Source of the DNA: Marinicella sp.
GTDB lineage: Bacteria > Pseudomonadota > Gammaproteobacteria > Xanthomonadales > Marinicellaceae
Length of the DNA: 64,000 bases
Assembly: GCA_965230295.1 (NCBI GenBank)
Contig: OZ246001.1
Span: 2,464,001 to 2,528,000 of the forward strand
Direction of reading: 5' to 3'
Shown: positions 41,844 through 50,156 of the stretch, one piece after another
Layout of the letters: each line of letters starts with the position of its first letter
Position numbering within the stretch: the stretch's first letter is position 1
The notes under the pieces: generated by a model
What the model saw: only the letters and a program-made list of their open reading frames with translations
What the model was told of the DNA's origin: nothing
The model's database searches: none
Position numbers and translations under genes: made by a program

Positions 41844-42541
41844 CTTGGAAGATTAAAGACTTAAGAAATATGATTCCAAAATCCCATGAGAATTACAAAC
41901 AGATCAATGAAGTATTAGATTCAATAAGTAGATTGCTTCAAATATATGTTTACCACAATGAAAGAGCATATATTTCATATGAATCTTTAAAAGAAATGAT
42001 TGACGAAGATGAGCTTGATTTTGGTCGATACATTGAATTTGTATTTCGTGAAGTTTCTAGTGATGAAAGAATTGATTTTGATCTCACTAGGCTAGAGCAT
42101 CAAGCAAACATAATTTCTGCAATTAGCACAGTTCGATCAGCCTATGAGTATTTTTGCATTTTAGTGAATATATTAATTTTGAATAATGAAATTGAGATAA
42201 AACAATGTAATATCTATACGGTAACAAGAAAATTAACAGATTCACCTCTAAAAATTGAGTTAGAACAAATTTCGCAATCTGAGTGGTTTCAATACATTTC
42301 TCATTTTAATAATATCATTAAGCATAACTATTTAATTAAAGAACAATTTACCTATGATTTGGAAGAAAATAGATCTGGAAGCAGCTTTGATTCTTTTAAA
42401 TATATAGATAGACATGGAAATTATTCTTATGAAAAGAGATGGTCAATAGATGTATTAAAGGGAGTGTTGAGTGTTAAAAATAAAGTTATACTCCTTGGAG
42501 AGTTATTGAATGCTCAATATAAAAATTTAATTGAATCTTAG
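41840..42541 (+). CDS. island cargo: second HEPN-like protein with degenerate motif
   Basis: ATGA overlap with the upstream gene; VRSAYEY helix and WFQYISHFNNIIKH (N-x3-H, Arg absent). Confidence 0.55.
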   Translation: MTWKIKDLRNMIPKSHENYKQINEVLDSISRLLQIYVYHNERAYISYESLKEMIDEDELDFGRYIEFVFREVSSDERIDFDLTRLEHQANIISAISTVRSAYEYFCILVNILILNNEIEIKQCNIYTVTRKLTDSPLKIELEQISQSEWFQYISHFNNIIKHNYLIKEQFTYDLEENRSGSSFDSFKYIDRHGNYSYEKRWSIDVLKGVLSVKNKVILLGELLNAQYKNLIES

Positions 42542-42583
42542 AATTTGGGAATCAGGTTAAATATTATCAACTTTTCGAACAAC

Positions 42584-43170
42584 TACGCGCGCGTGTACAT
42601 GTGTAAAAATTCATTGACTCTATAAAAAAACTGGAGTTTTCTTACATAGTAAAAAAAGGGCAAAGGAAATAATTTTTCACTCCATAAAAAGAAAACAGGT
42701 ATTAGTTTTCGGAGTCCATAAAAAAAGAATTTGAATTTGACTTTTGCATGTCCTTAAAAAGGGATAAATATCGAATTTTTACAGTCCATTAGAAGTCGTC
42801 AAAAACTGACTATTCGGGCTCCTTAAAAAAGAGACATTCAAAGCAATTTCTGGACCAGTACGCGCGCGTGCGCGTACATATGCAAAAATTATCTGGTTTA
42901 ATGGAAAAAAGCTGAGTTTTCTTACACTATAAAAAAGGAGGTAAATTGAATTATTGCACCCCTTAAAAAGGTCAAATAAAATAATCCTTTCACTCCAAAA
43001 AAAGGATAAAAGATCAGTTTCTTTAGTCCATAAAAAAGGATCAAGTATTAGTTATGTCAGTCCTTAAAAAGGCTCGCGCGCGTACTGGTCGCAAAACTCA
43101 ATTGTTATCCTTTCGCGTACTGGGTGCAAAAGTCTTTGTTTTTCCTTATGCGTACTGGTCACAAAAGTCA
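42584..43170. repeat. non-coding array of 33-36-bp degenerate units with a 275-bp higher-order duplication
   Basis: TCCWTAAAAA-type cores at 42681, 42715, 42751, 42785, 42820, 42926, 42960, 42994, 43027, 43061; CGTACTGG at 43081, 43116, 43151. Confidence 0.9.
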
Positions 43171-43457
43171 TAAGGTTTGATCTGTTTTTAGTAAATACGG
43201 AGATTTAGAATTGTGGCTTTGCGGCGAATATCTTTCATAGCTGGTTGATGGATCAATGAACCAACTATCTTTAATCGTTTTTTGATTTATTTTTTTGGAA
43301 GTGATGGGTTAGACATCATATTGAATATCAAACCCACCACCAGTAGCTAAGTAGTTAGCTTTTTATTACCTGCTATTTTTAATCCTAAGGTAAATTTGGT
43401 TGCCATCGTTATACGCTGCAAACCTTTATAAACAATGGCTTTCAAGCGTATTTTAAG

Positions 43458-43498
43458 TAGCTCTAACTGTAGCTTTAGCTCTAACTAAAGCTTTAACT
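43458..43498. repeat. short iteron-like direct repeats
   Basis: TAGCTCTAACT at 43458 and 43476, AAGCTTTAACT at 43488. Confidence 0.6.
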
Positions 43499-43516
43499 AA
43501 TATAAATGAGTGTTTT

Positions 43517-43978
43517 TTAAATTAATTCAATTTCTGTGATTCGAGAATAATGCATCTGTTTGGGTAATTCTTCGCGTTTATAGTTTATGGTTACGTCTTG
43601 GACTTGAATAGTGAATAAGCTTTGTTGCAATTTGCTTAATGGCACTCTATCAAGCCTTACTTTGGGAGATGTTGGGTTAAGTCGATAGAACAGAGTGATT
43701 AGGTCGCCGCGAGAAGAGGCGATAAAGCCCCCACGTTCTCTGGTCTTTCCTTTGTGTCTTTTAACATTAAAAAATGCTGGCATATGAACGCCGAAATATT
43801 CGCCCATATCTACAATTGAAAACATCAATACAATTTTCGCTTGTGTCCTGAACCGGTACGTTACCCATGTTTGAAAAGTAGCTTCATACTTACCAGGTGG
43901 AATGTGTAACCAGTCATCATATTTAAATTTAGCCAACTTAGCATCAAAGGGTTTAGGCATTGCGATTACATTACCCAT
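43517..43978 (-). CDS. island protein, possibly OB-fold/SSB-like (DUF669-like start)
   Basis: IPPGKYEA followed by beta-rich pattern; overlaps the upstream HTH gene. Confidence 0.6.
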   Translation of the reverse strand: MGNVIAMPKPFDAKLAKFKYDDWLHIPPGKYEATFQTWVTYRFRTQAKIVLMFSIVDMGEYFGVHMPAFFNVKRHKGKTRERGGFIASSRGDLITLFYRLNPTSPKVRLDRVPLSKLQQSLFTIQVQDVTINYKREELPKQMHYSRITEIELI

Positions 43979-44279
43979 GATTAACACCCTGAGAATGTCC
44001 TCTAGCAATGTGATCAATGTACAAGCCTGGCATCAATACATACTCAGCAACAAGGTGCGGTGAGCCGTCTGGAGTATGATCGACTCGCCTGTTAGTAATG
44101 ATGTTAAGCCTCTCATCATGCCTTAATTCAAAGATACGTGGAGCAGGGGAAACAATGTCTAGCAATGCTCTGGCCTGCAACGTAGTTATCTTGCCATGCT
44201 TATACAAATACTCTCTTAACCTTTGCCTTTGAGCAGCGGTGGAAGTAGAATTGGGTGGCTGCGCTGTATTATCTTTCAT
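43971..44279 (-). CDS. winged helix-turn-helix protein (HTH_39-like)
   Basis: QRQRL..YL...G.ITTLQAR..L.I..PAPRI.ELR. Confidence 0.8.
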   Translation of the reverse strand: MKDNTAQPPNSTSTAAQRQRLREYLYKHGKITTLQARALLDIVSPAPRIFELRHDERLNIITNRRVDHTPDGSPHLVAEYVLMPGLYIDHIARGHSQGVNHG

Positions 44280-44704
44280 AATGGTTTTACCTCGTGGTGG
44301 TTTGAAAAAACATTAAGCGCGTCTTGATTGCCGTCTGGTCGCGCTTTCTTATTTTGGTAAGGTCGTAAAGCCCAAAGTGGACATGCAACGATACCGCAAT
44401 TCCTGATTTCATCTGATGGATTTGGATCAAAGCCACAACCAACACAATCATAACATTTGGCATTGATGGCCAATCTCAAGCTTGTTGGTTTATCTAGGGC
44501 TTTTTCTATGGGTGTCTTGTTTTTATGTAAACCCATCGAATAGGGGGTCTGACAGAATTGTCTTTTCGACCCTGTAGGGTAGCCTACCTTATGCCCTGTA
44601 ATTCCTGTGGGTGTGCCACCACGGCATGTTAAACAGGGAAAATTTTGATTTTTAATCATAGTTCTTGCTCCTGGTGATAATAAATTGATTAATTCTTCTT
44701 CCAT
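44276..44704 (-). CDS. Cys-rich putative Zn-binding phage-type protein
   Basis: AINAKCYDC...EIRNC...ACPLW..RPY; ATGA overlap with the HTH gene. Confidence 0.7.
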   Translation of the reverse strand: MEEELINLLSPGARTMIKNQNFPCLTCRGGTPTGITGHKVGYPTGSKRQFCQTPYSMGLHKNKTPIEKALDKPTSLRLAINAKCYDCVGCGFDPNPSDEIRNCGIVACPLWALRPYQNKKARPDGNQDALNVFSNHHEVKPL

Positions 44705-44833
44705 ACTGTCCTTTTAATAATTTTTGAATTAATAATCGTTTCTCCACTTAACGTGGCGCTAATTATTTACGTAAACATTAATCACTCTTCTTCTGTACTA
44801 CGAATTTAATATTTTTATGCGAAAGTAAACAGG

Positions 44834-45025
44834 TCAACTTGCTTGCTTTTGCCTATTGATAAAATCCATGAGTTCGGCGTGATCATAGCCAACGGCGCGT
44901 TGACCAATTTTGATTTTACGGGGGAAGTTGGGATTAGTCTTAGACCATCTGTCCAAAGTACTTTTGCTGATTCCAAGAATAGCCGCTGCTTTAGCTGGGC
45001 GGTCGACCTTTGATGTTACCTGCAT
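44834..45025 (-). CDS. alpA: AlpA family excisionase/regulator
   Basis: LGISKSTL.RW....FP..IKIG.RAVG....E...FI. Confidence 0.9.
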   Translation of the reverse strand: MQVTSKVDRPAKAAAILGISKSTLDRWSKTNPNFPRKIKIGQRAVGYDHAELMDFINRQKQAS

Positions 45026-45184
45026 TTTTAGCTCCTTAATGTTGTTAATGGAGCTTTATGATTGCATCAAAAAAAATGTCTATCAAGAGTAAGATGTTGA
45101 TAAATATGGTTTTTTGGGTGGTATATTAAAATGCTGGGTAAATTCAGATAGAAAGCTGGGTATAGAGTTAAAATTCTTAGGAGC

Positions 45185-46222
45185 CTATTTTTTTATTCCA
45201 AGCCCTAACATTACCTTTGACTGGCTAATAGCTTTATTTAACAGCCCTTCATATGTAGATTTTCCTCTAATTGGGCTTTCAATGATTTTAGTAGAGAGGT
45301 TTGAGTTTAAAGATTTGATGATTTCTTCACAAAGTTTATTTTGACTTAGTTGACATTTTCCGGAATTTTCTATTTCTTCATTAAGTAAACACATTAATGA
45401 ATAAATCATCATTTGATAGTTTTTTTCAGTTGGAGTAGATATTACTTTATGCTTTCTCTTTAAACTTTCCTTCACAACCTTAGAAAAATCATATTCAATT
45501 CCAAATGACTCAAATAATTCTATTAATTTATTTTTCTCATAATATTTTTTGATTATTTTCTCTTCATAAAATAGTGTAGTAGTTAATTCACCTGAAATTT
45601 GGTCTTCTAATGTTTTTTTGTCAAAAATTCTTCGTCTATAAATATCATATGAAAACTTATGTGAATCAACAACTTCTTCCGCAATAGATGAATAATCATC
45701 AATAGACTCATATGCAACTTTTTCACTACTATCTGTGATTATATTAAAGTCGTGTAAAGAACTTTTTGTGATTATTTCTTTAGCAAGTCCTGAAAAATAA
45801 TATTTAAGAATTTTTTTTGGTTTTTTACCATTTATGTAACAATGTTGTGATGGAAGAAAATACAAAATACTTAACATTTGTTCGTCATCAGAACTGTCAC
45901 GAGTTAGCTTGTTTACTTGTTGCCCTTTAATAAAAAAGAAACTATCTTCATTAAATTCAAAAAAGCCTTTTAAATAGAATGGATTTGAATGGTTTTTAAT
46001 TAGAAAATTATTAAGAGAACTTAGGTATTTACCTTTTTTTCTCTTGTGAAGCTCTAGTTTACTTGGATCGCTTAATTCAACTAAATTTAGCACCCCGTCA
46101 AAATATATCAAATATGAAAAGTTTGAGTTGATTTTTTCGAAATCATCACGAGTTAACCTTGTGATCTTTTCGATTTCATTTCTATCAAAAAAATAGTTGT
46201 TATCAAATTCAATCATAACCAC
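45185..46222 (-). CDS. island hypothetical protein with C-terminal HTH-like region
   Basis: 345 aa, very AT-rich; C-terminal SQ..L.E.I...GKST....L.KA pattern; directly upstream of alpA. Confidence 0.75.
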   Translation of the reverse strand: MVMIEFDNNYFFDRNEIEKITRLTRDDFEKINSNFSYLIYFDGVLNLVELSDPSKLELHKRKKGKYLSSLNNFLIKNHSNPFYLKGFFEFNEDSFFFIKGQQVNKLTRDSSDDEQMLSILYFLPSQHCYINGKKPKKILKYYFSGLAKEIITKSSLHDFNIITDSSEKVAYESIDDYSSIAEEVVDSHKFSYDIYRRRIFDKKTLEDQISGELTTTLFYEEKIIKKYYEKNKLIELFESFGIEYDFSKVVKESLKRKHKVISTPTEKNYQMMIYSLMCLLNEEIENSGKCQLSQNKLCEEIIKSLNSNLSTKIIESPIRGKSTYEGLLNKAISQSKVMLGLGIKK

Positions 46223-46327
46223 CCTTTCTCGTGATTTCTTTCAAAATAAGGAACCATGCCAAGGCGGTGAAAGTGCCCGCTTTTCGGTAGCTATCCTATG
46301 GCATGGCTGTTGCTCAATGATTATATT

Positions 46328-46831
46328 CTAAGCTGTTTTGTAAGCTAGATTAAATAAATCACTTTTGCGTTCTTCAGAATTGTTGGCAATTATTTGAGGT
46401 AATTGATTAAAGGCTGTTTTGATATCCTTGATCATTGTTCCTGCTCCAAACAATATGTCTAATACAAGGTCGCTACAATCGATATTTTCTAGTTGACCTG
46501 TAACAATGTTAATTCTATTTTCTTGCTTTTTAAGCATTGACAAAAGTTCTTCATGCAAATCCATGACTGCAGCAGCCTGGCCTATAGTTAGTAAATCCGT
46601 TGTTAAAGCTTCATAGCAGTAGATTTTTTTATACATTTTTTTCAATCCCTTAGTTTTGAAAAGCCTTTTGCCTTTGTGTTTAGTTTTACCAAGTTGAATC
46701 AGTACGCCAATGTAATTCTTAATTGATAATAATATACATTGAGAATCACTATATTTGAGTAACTCAGTACGCTGAGACTCCAAATCTTTTGCATGAACCA
46801 TTGTTGAGGTGTTTGTTTTTGTTTTATTCAT
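46328..46831 (-). CDS. island hypothetical protein
   Basis: helical ORF, GGAGG SD, overlaps the upstream ORF. Confidence 0.7.
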   Translation of the reverse strand: MNKTKTNTSTMVHAKDLESQRTELLKYSDSQCILLSIKNYIGVLIQLGKTKHKGKRLFKTKGLKKMYKKIYCYEALTTDLLTIGQAAAVMDLHEELLSMLKKQENRINIVTGQLENIDCSDLVLDILFGAGTMIKDIKTAFNQLPQIIANNSEERKSDLFNLAYKTA

Positions 46832-47090
46832 AATTGCCTCCAAATCTATTTGACTCATATTCAATGGCATTCATGGCGCATGACATAGCGGCAACCATAC
46901 CAGCATGGGCATCTTTTGAAATTTCTATATGGCTACCATGATGGTTGTTTAAAACAAATTCATGGATAAATGAGAGCACGCTGTTAGCAATAGCCAGTGT
47001 GTCCTCTGGTTTGGTGCATATAATGCTGCACTTCGTTAGGTCTGTTTCTTTTTTCTTGATATCTATTATTTTTCCTGTTGTTGTGGACAT
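46824..47090 (-). CDS. island hypothetical protein
   Basis: 88 aa with GGAGG SD. Confidence 0.7.
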   Translation of the reverse strand: MSTTTGKIIDIKKKETDLTKCSIICTKPEDTLAIANSVLSFIHEFVLNNHHGSHIEISKDAHAGMVAAMSCAMNAIEYESNRFGGNYE

Positions 47091-47131
47091 GATAATGCCT
47101 CCGGTTTAAAGGTTAATTGAACAAGTGACCA

Positions 47132-47160
47132 CCTGGGAAGGTTTACGCGTGTTTCCCAGG
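47132..47160. terminator. hairpin downstream of the integrase
   Basis: CCTGGGAA-N12-TTCCCAGG. Confidence 0.45.
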
Positions 47161-47182
47161 CGGGCTTGTGCCAATCAGCTGA

Positions 47183-48382
47183 TTAGTTATTACGATGAAT
47201 AGGTATGATCTTTTCGCCTTTGTTGAGGACGAAATCAGACCAAAACTGCATCATCTTAATTCTTTCTACGATGTACTCCGCTTTGTTGTATGTGCCTCGA
47301 ATGGTGTTCTTGTCTTCGTGGCTGAGTTGTTTCTCTATGAATCGGCTATCAAAGCCCAATTCATTCAATGTGGTTGATGCCAGGTGTCTAAAGCCATGCA
47401 CGGTCATACGTCCCCGAAAACCCAATCTATATAAGGCAAACAGCATGGCGTTTTCACTGAACGGTTGTTTGTTAGGTTTATGGTAACTGGCAAAGATAAA
47501 AGGATAATCACCTGTGACGGGCAGCAAGTCTTTGAACAGCTGTAATGCTTGATTGCTCAATGGCACCACATGTTCGCGCTTCATCTTCATTCTTTCCGCT
47601 GGTATCGTCCAAGTGGCAGCTTCAAAGTCAATCTCATCCCAAGAGGCGTATCTAATCTCGTTGGTGCGTTGAAAAGTGAGTAGGGCGATCATCAAGCCAG
47701 TTTTGGTGGTTGGCTCAAGGTCACCATTTTCTATGGCCTTGATTAACTCTGGTAGCTCCTTATGCGTGATGTGGTTGTAGTTTTTGGCGTGGTGCTTACG
47801 GGTTTTGATGCCCATAGTTGGATTGCCCTTAACTGTGCCTTCAGATATGGCGAAGTTGAATATTGAACTGATGCGCTGTTTTACTTTCTTCTGTAGTTCA
47901 GTTTTACCGGCATCTGCCAACTTATCTAAAACTACTTTGATTTCTGGTGCGCCGAGGTTTTCTATTTGTTCTTTGTCAACGTACGGGAAAACGTGTGCAT
48001 GAAGTGAACGCCATGTTTTATCAGCATGGCCGTCTGACCATTCGCCATCGGCAATCATTTCCTCATGCCATCGCTTAGCCACAGATTGGAAACTGTTTAC
48101 TCCAGATGACTTTATTCTTTTCTCTTTTCTGATTGTGGATGGATCGATACCTTGTGCTATCAATTTCCTGGCTTCATGTACTTTGTCTCTGGCATCGGCT
48201 AATCCAACATCGGGATAAACGCCCATAGACAAGGTTTTCTGTTTGCCCTCAAACCTGAAATTGAAACGCCACCATTTAGAGCCATTTGGATTGATGATCA
48301 TAACCAGACCGTTACCATCAGTTTTCTTATATGGTTTTTTCTCTGGTTTGAATGAATTTAGCAGTGTGTGATTCAGTTTCAT
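47183..48382 (-). CDS. tyrosine integrase, P4/IntA type with arm-binding domain
   Basis: DG.GL...I..NGSK.W...F...GK...L..G.YP arm domain; catalytic R (QRTNE), K, HGFR, LSH, Y (GTYN) all present. Confidence 0.97.
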   Translation of the reverse strand: MKLNHTLLNSFKPEKKPYKKTDGNGLVMIINPNGSKWWRFNFRFEGKQKTLSMGVYPDVGLADARDKVHEARKLIAQGIDPSTIRKEKRIKSSGVNSFQSVAKRWHEEMIADGEWSDGHADKTWRSLHAHVFPYVDKEQIENLGAPEIKVVLDKLADAGKTELQKKVKQRISSIFNFAISEGTVKGNPTMGIKTRKHHAKNYNHITHKELPELIKAIENGDLEPTTKTGLMIALLTFQRTNEIRYASWDEIDFEAATWTIPAERMKMKREHVVPLSNQALQLFKDLLPVTGDYPFIFASYHKPNKQPFSENAMLFALYRLGFRGRMTVHGFRHLASTTLNELGFDSRFIEKQLSHEDKNTIRGTYNKAEYIVERIKMMQFWSDFVLNKGEKIIPIHRNN

Positions 48383-48535
48383 GATGTTGGTAATTTATTG
48401 CCTACCAACAATGTTACCAACAAAAGCAGTGCGTTGTAAAGATGACTTATGACACCTTATGAAGCCTGAAAGCCAGCAATAGCTTAGGGTTTGGTGTGAA
48501 AATGATGCTTTATGAGGTGTTGTGGATATAAGAGA

Positions 48536-48622
48536 TGGTGCCCGGGGACGGACTCGAACCGTCACGGTATTTCTACCGGGGGATTTTAAGTCCCCTGCGT
48601 CTACCAATTTCGCCACCCGGGC
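48536..48622 (-). tRNA. tRNA-Leu(TAA)
   Basis: 87 nt, long variable arm, anticodon TAA, CCA end; integration target. Confidence 0.98.
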
Positions 48623-48860
48623 TTTTTTGCTGGCCCTTTCTTTGTGAGTTCAGCAATTTATGCGTCGGCATTGATTCGAGCACATGAGTGCACTCATCAA
48701 TGACCTCCTTGACCTTGCTAAACTCATTTTGAAAGAGCCTAGCAAAAAACACTACTGAATGTTCTTTCCTTTTTGCTGATGGTAGTCAGCAACTTGTGAT
48801 GGGGCACATGTGTGTACTCACATCGCTATCCTTGACTTTGATAACCTCACTTTGAAAGGG
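48623..48860. repeat. two related long palindromic (ERIC/REPIN-like) elements
   Basis: ~127-bp imperfect hairpin 48623-48749 centred on GAGCACATGAGTGCACTC; diverged second copy centred on GGGCACATGTGTGTACTC. Confidence 0.7.
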
Positions 48861-48900
48861 GGTTGTCAAAAAATATTCCTTTTTTGGTTTTACTTTGAAA

Positions 48901-48974
48901 TGGAGGCTGAACCCGGAATCGAACCGGGGTACACGGATTTGCAATCCGCTGCATCACCACTCTGCCATCCAGCC
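48901..48974 (-). tRNA. tRNA-Cys(GCA)
   Basis: 74 nt, anticodon GCA, CCA end. Confidence 0.98.
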
Positions 48975-49070
48975 AGCGCCAGTTTCAAAGGCCTTCCTTT
49001 CGAAAGACGTGTCATTTTCGCTAATTATAGATGGCAAATCAAGCATCTTTGCACAACTAATAATGGGCAG

Positions 49071-49110
49071 AAAATAAAAAGGGCTGTAAATGTTGTGTTT
49101 ACAGCCCTTT
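49071..49110 (-). terminator. intrinsic terminator after tRNA-Gly
   Basis: AAAGGGCTGTAAA/TTTACAGCCCTTT stem with a U-rich tail on the minus strand. Confidence 0.75.
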
Positions 49111-49116
49111 GATGTC

Positions 49117-49191
49117 TGGAGCGGGAAAGGAGGCTCGAACTCCCGACCCCAACCTTGGCAAGGTTGTGCTCTACCACTGAGCTATTCCCGC
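49117..49191 (-). tRNA. tRNA-Gly(GCC)
   Basis: 75 nt, anticodon GCC, CCA end; classic pgsA-Gly-Cys-Leu order. Confidence 0.98.
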
Positions 49192-49204
49192 TTAGAGGAT
49201 GCAC

Positions 49205-49232
49205 ATTTTAGCTTTAATGTGTTTTTTGTCAA
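49205..49232 (-). promoter_or_regulatory. sigma70 promoter of tRNA-Gly
   Basis: minus strand TTGACA, 16-bp spacer, TAAAAT. Confidence 0.75.
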
Positions 49233-49447
49233 ATTATTTTTTGCAGTATTTCGAATTCTTTTTAGTTTGAAGAGTGGTCAAAGCCATCTGATCAATTTTC
49301 GAACTGCGTTCGAAGCCGCATCACGGCCTACGGCATGCCAATATCGCTTCTGGTGCTTAGCTCAAGCCGCAATATTTTCATTGCCTGGCCTATGGATTAC
49401 CCGGTCAAGCCGGGTAATGACGGTACAGGAAAGGATGAATATCCTGG

Positions 49448-50002
49448 TCACTCTTTCATCATTGGCCAGGCGGCTCTTAAATAGACGTACATCGAATACA
49501 GGGTGAGGCCTGCGGCGATGTATAACAACACCAAACCAATGTTGTAGACCGGTAAAAACCACAAATCTGCTTCATACAACAGGAAGCCAATGGCCGTCAT
49601 TTGGAACACGGTTTTGATTTTTCCGACCATGGCGACATTGACAGCGCCACGTTCGCCCAGTTCTGCCATCCATTCACGCAGGGCTGAAATGGTGATTTCA
49701 CGACCAATGATGATGGCTGTGGCAATCATCATTAATATGGTAGGGTGGTCTTGCAACAGGATGATCAGTGCTGTGGTTACGGTTAATTTATCGGCAACAG
49801 GATCCAGGAAGGCGCCGAATTTTGAAAATGTTTTGTGTTTGCGTGCAAAGTAGCCATCCAGGAAATCGGTGATGCTGGCGGCCACAAATACCCAACATGC
49901 CACAAACCTAGACCACTCGAAAGGCAAGTAGAAAAATAAAATCATGACCGGAATCAAGATCATCCTGAGTATGGTCAAGGTATTAGGTAAATGCTTTGTC
50001 AT
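49448..50002 (-). CDS. pgsA: phosphatidylglycerophosphate synthase
   Basis: PN.LT..R, TDFLDGYFAR, GAFLDPVADK, RE..IS.LREWMA. Confidence 0.97.
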   Translation of the reverse strand: MTKHLPNTLTILRMILIPVMILFFYLPFEWSRFVACWVFVAASITDFLDGYFARKHKTFSKFGAFLDPVADKLTVTTALIILLQDHPTILMMIATAIIIGREITISALREWMAELGERGAVNVAMVGKIKTVFQMTAIGFLLYEADLWFLPVYNIGLVLLYIAAGLTLYSMYVYLRAAWPMMKE

Positions 50003-50156
50003 TTGGCTTCTGAACTTCTGATGGACCTATTTTAACCACCATTGGGCACCAGTGGGTCAACTATATAAAATAAAATGCAAATCAAAGTATAAAATCAATG
50101 GCATGAAAATATGAATTATTTTCCAACCAAATGACTGAGTTCACCGTCTATGTAAT

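Larger units (their letters stand above)
39868..48552 (-). mobile_element. integrative element (P4-like/PICI-like) in tRNA-Leu(TAA)
   Basis: 20-bp direct repeat AGATGGTGCCCGGGGACGGA at 39868-39887 and 48533-48552 (tRNA 3' end), integrase beside the tRNA, AlpA, clear drop in GC. Confidence 0.95.

Noticed and set aside
42584-43170. CRISPR array or TIGR-Tas array
   Set aside because: The conserved core is only ~10-13 bp and degenerate, and the variable segments resemble each other (e.g. GTATTAGTT twice). No cas gene, Nop-domain gene or box C/D-like motif is visible.
39868-48552. Complete prophage, ICE or retron
   Set aside because: It is too small, and no capsid, terminase, tail, lysis, relaxase, T4SS or reverse-transcriptase motifs are visible.
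48395-49506. ORFs 48395-48616, 48810-49112, 48895-49077 and 49090-49506
   Set aside because: They are shadow frames over tRNA genes and their promoters.
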